This document shows positions 63,947 to 64,000 of a stretch of DNA of 64,000 nucleotides, in pieces. The notes beneath the pieces were generated by a model that ran no database searches, was not told the DNA's origin, and saw nothing but the letters and a program-made list of their open reading frames with translations. Source of the DNA: Octopus sinensis (lineage: Eukaryota); contig NC_043012.1 in the NCBI RefSeq assembly GCF_006345805.1, positions 29,822,001 to 29,886,000 on the forward strand, given 5' to 3'. The position numbers and the translations under genes are program-made. How positions within the stretch are numbered: position 1 is the stretch's first letter; each line of letters begins with the position of its first letter.

Positions 63947-64000
63947 GTAAGTACCATTGTCAGTATTATTCTCTGTTTCAGAGGAAGGCATAGATGTTTA

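Overview
AT-rich, microsatellite- and SINE-dense animal genomic DNA. The repeat families look like those of an octopus or related coleoid cephalopod (inference). Three spliced genes were reconstructed by hand from GT-AG boundaries and reading-frame phase. POLK (DNA polymerase kappa) is on the minus strand, ATG at 13030, with 10 coding exons running off the left edge. Tafazzin is on the plus strand, complete, 8 coding exons, 17460-29902, 262 aa, head-to-head with POLK. A KLHL12-like BTB-BACK-Kelch gene is on the plus strand, ATG at 46824, with 6 coding exons running off the right edge. Introns and intergenic DNA hold a young 5'-truncated RTE LINE with a PHD-like finger inside its reverse transcriptase, many RTE, Tx1 and R4/Dong fragments, tRNA-derived SINEs, TTAA and mariner MITEs, and an LSM8 retrocopy fused into an old RTE. 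The most unusual signal is a set of fold-back (palindromic) elements, mostly next to microsatellites. Four hammerhead-ribozyme-like cores lie in or beside them. The best example is a tRNA-headed, hammerhead-bearing SINE-like unit inserted as a head-to-head palindrome with a 13-bp target-site duplication, right next to a ~1.65-kb hairpin in a KLHL12 intron. All alignments were done by eye; no database searches were run.
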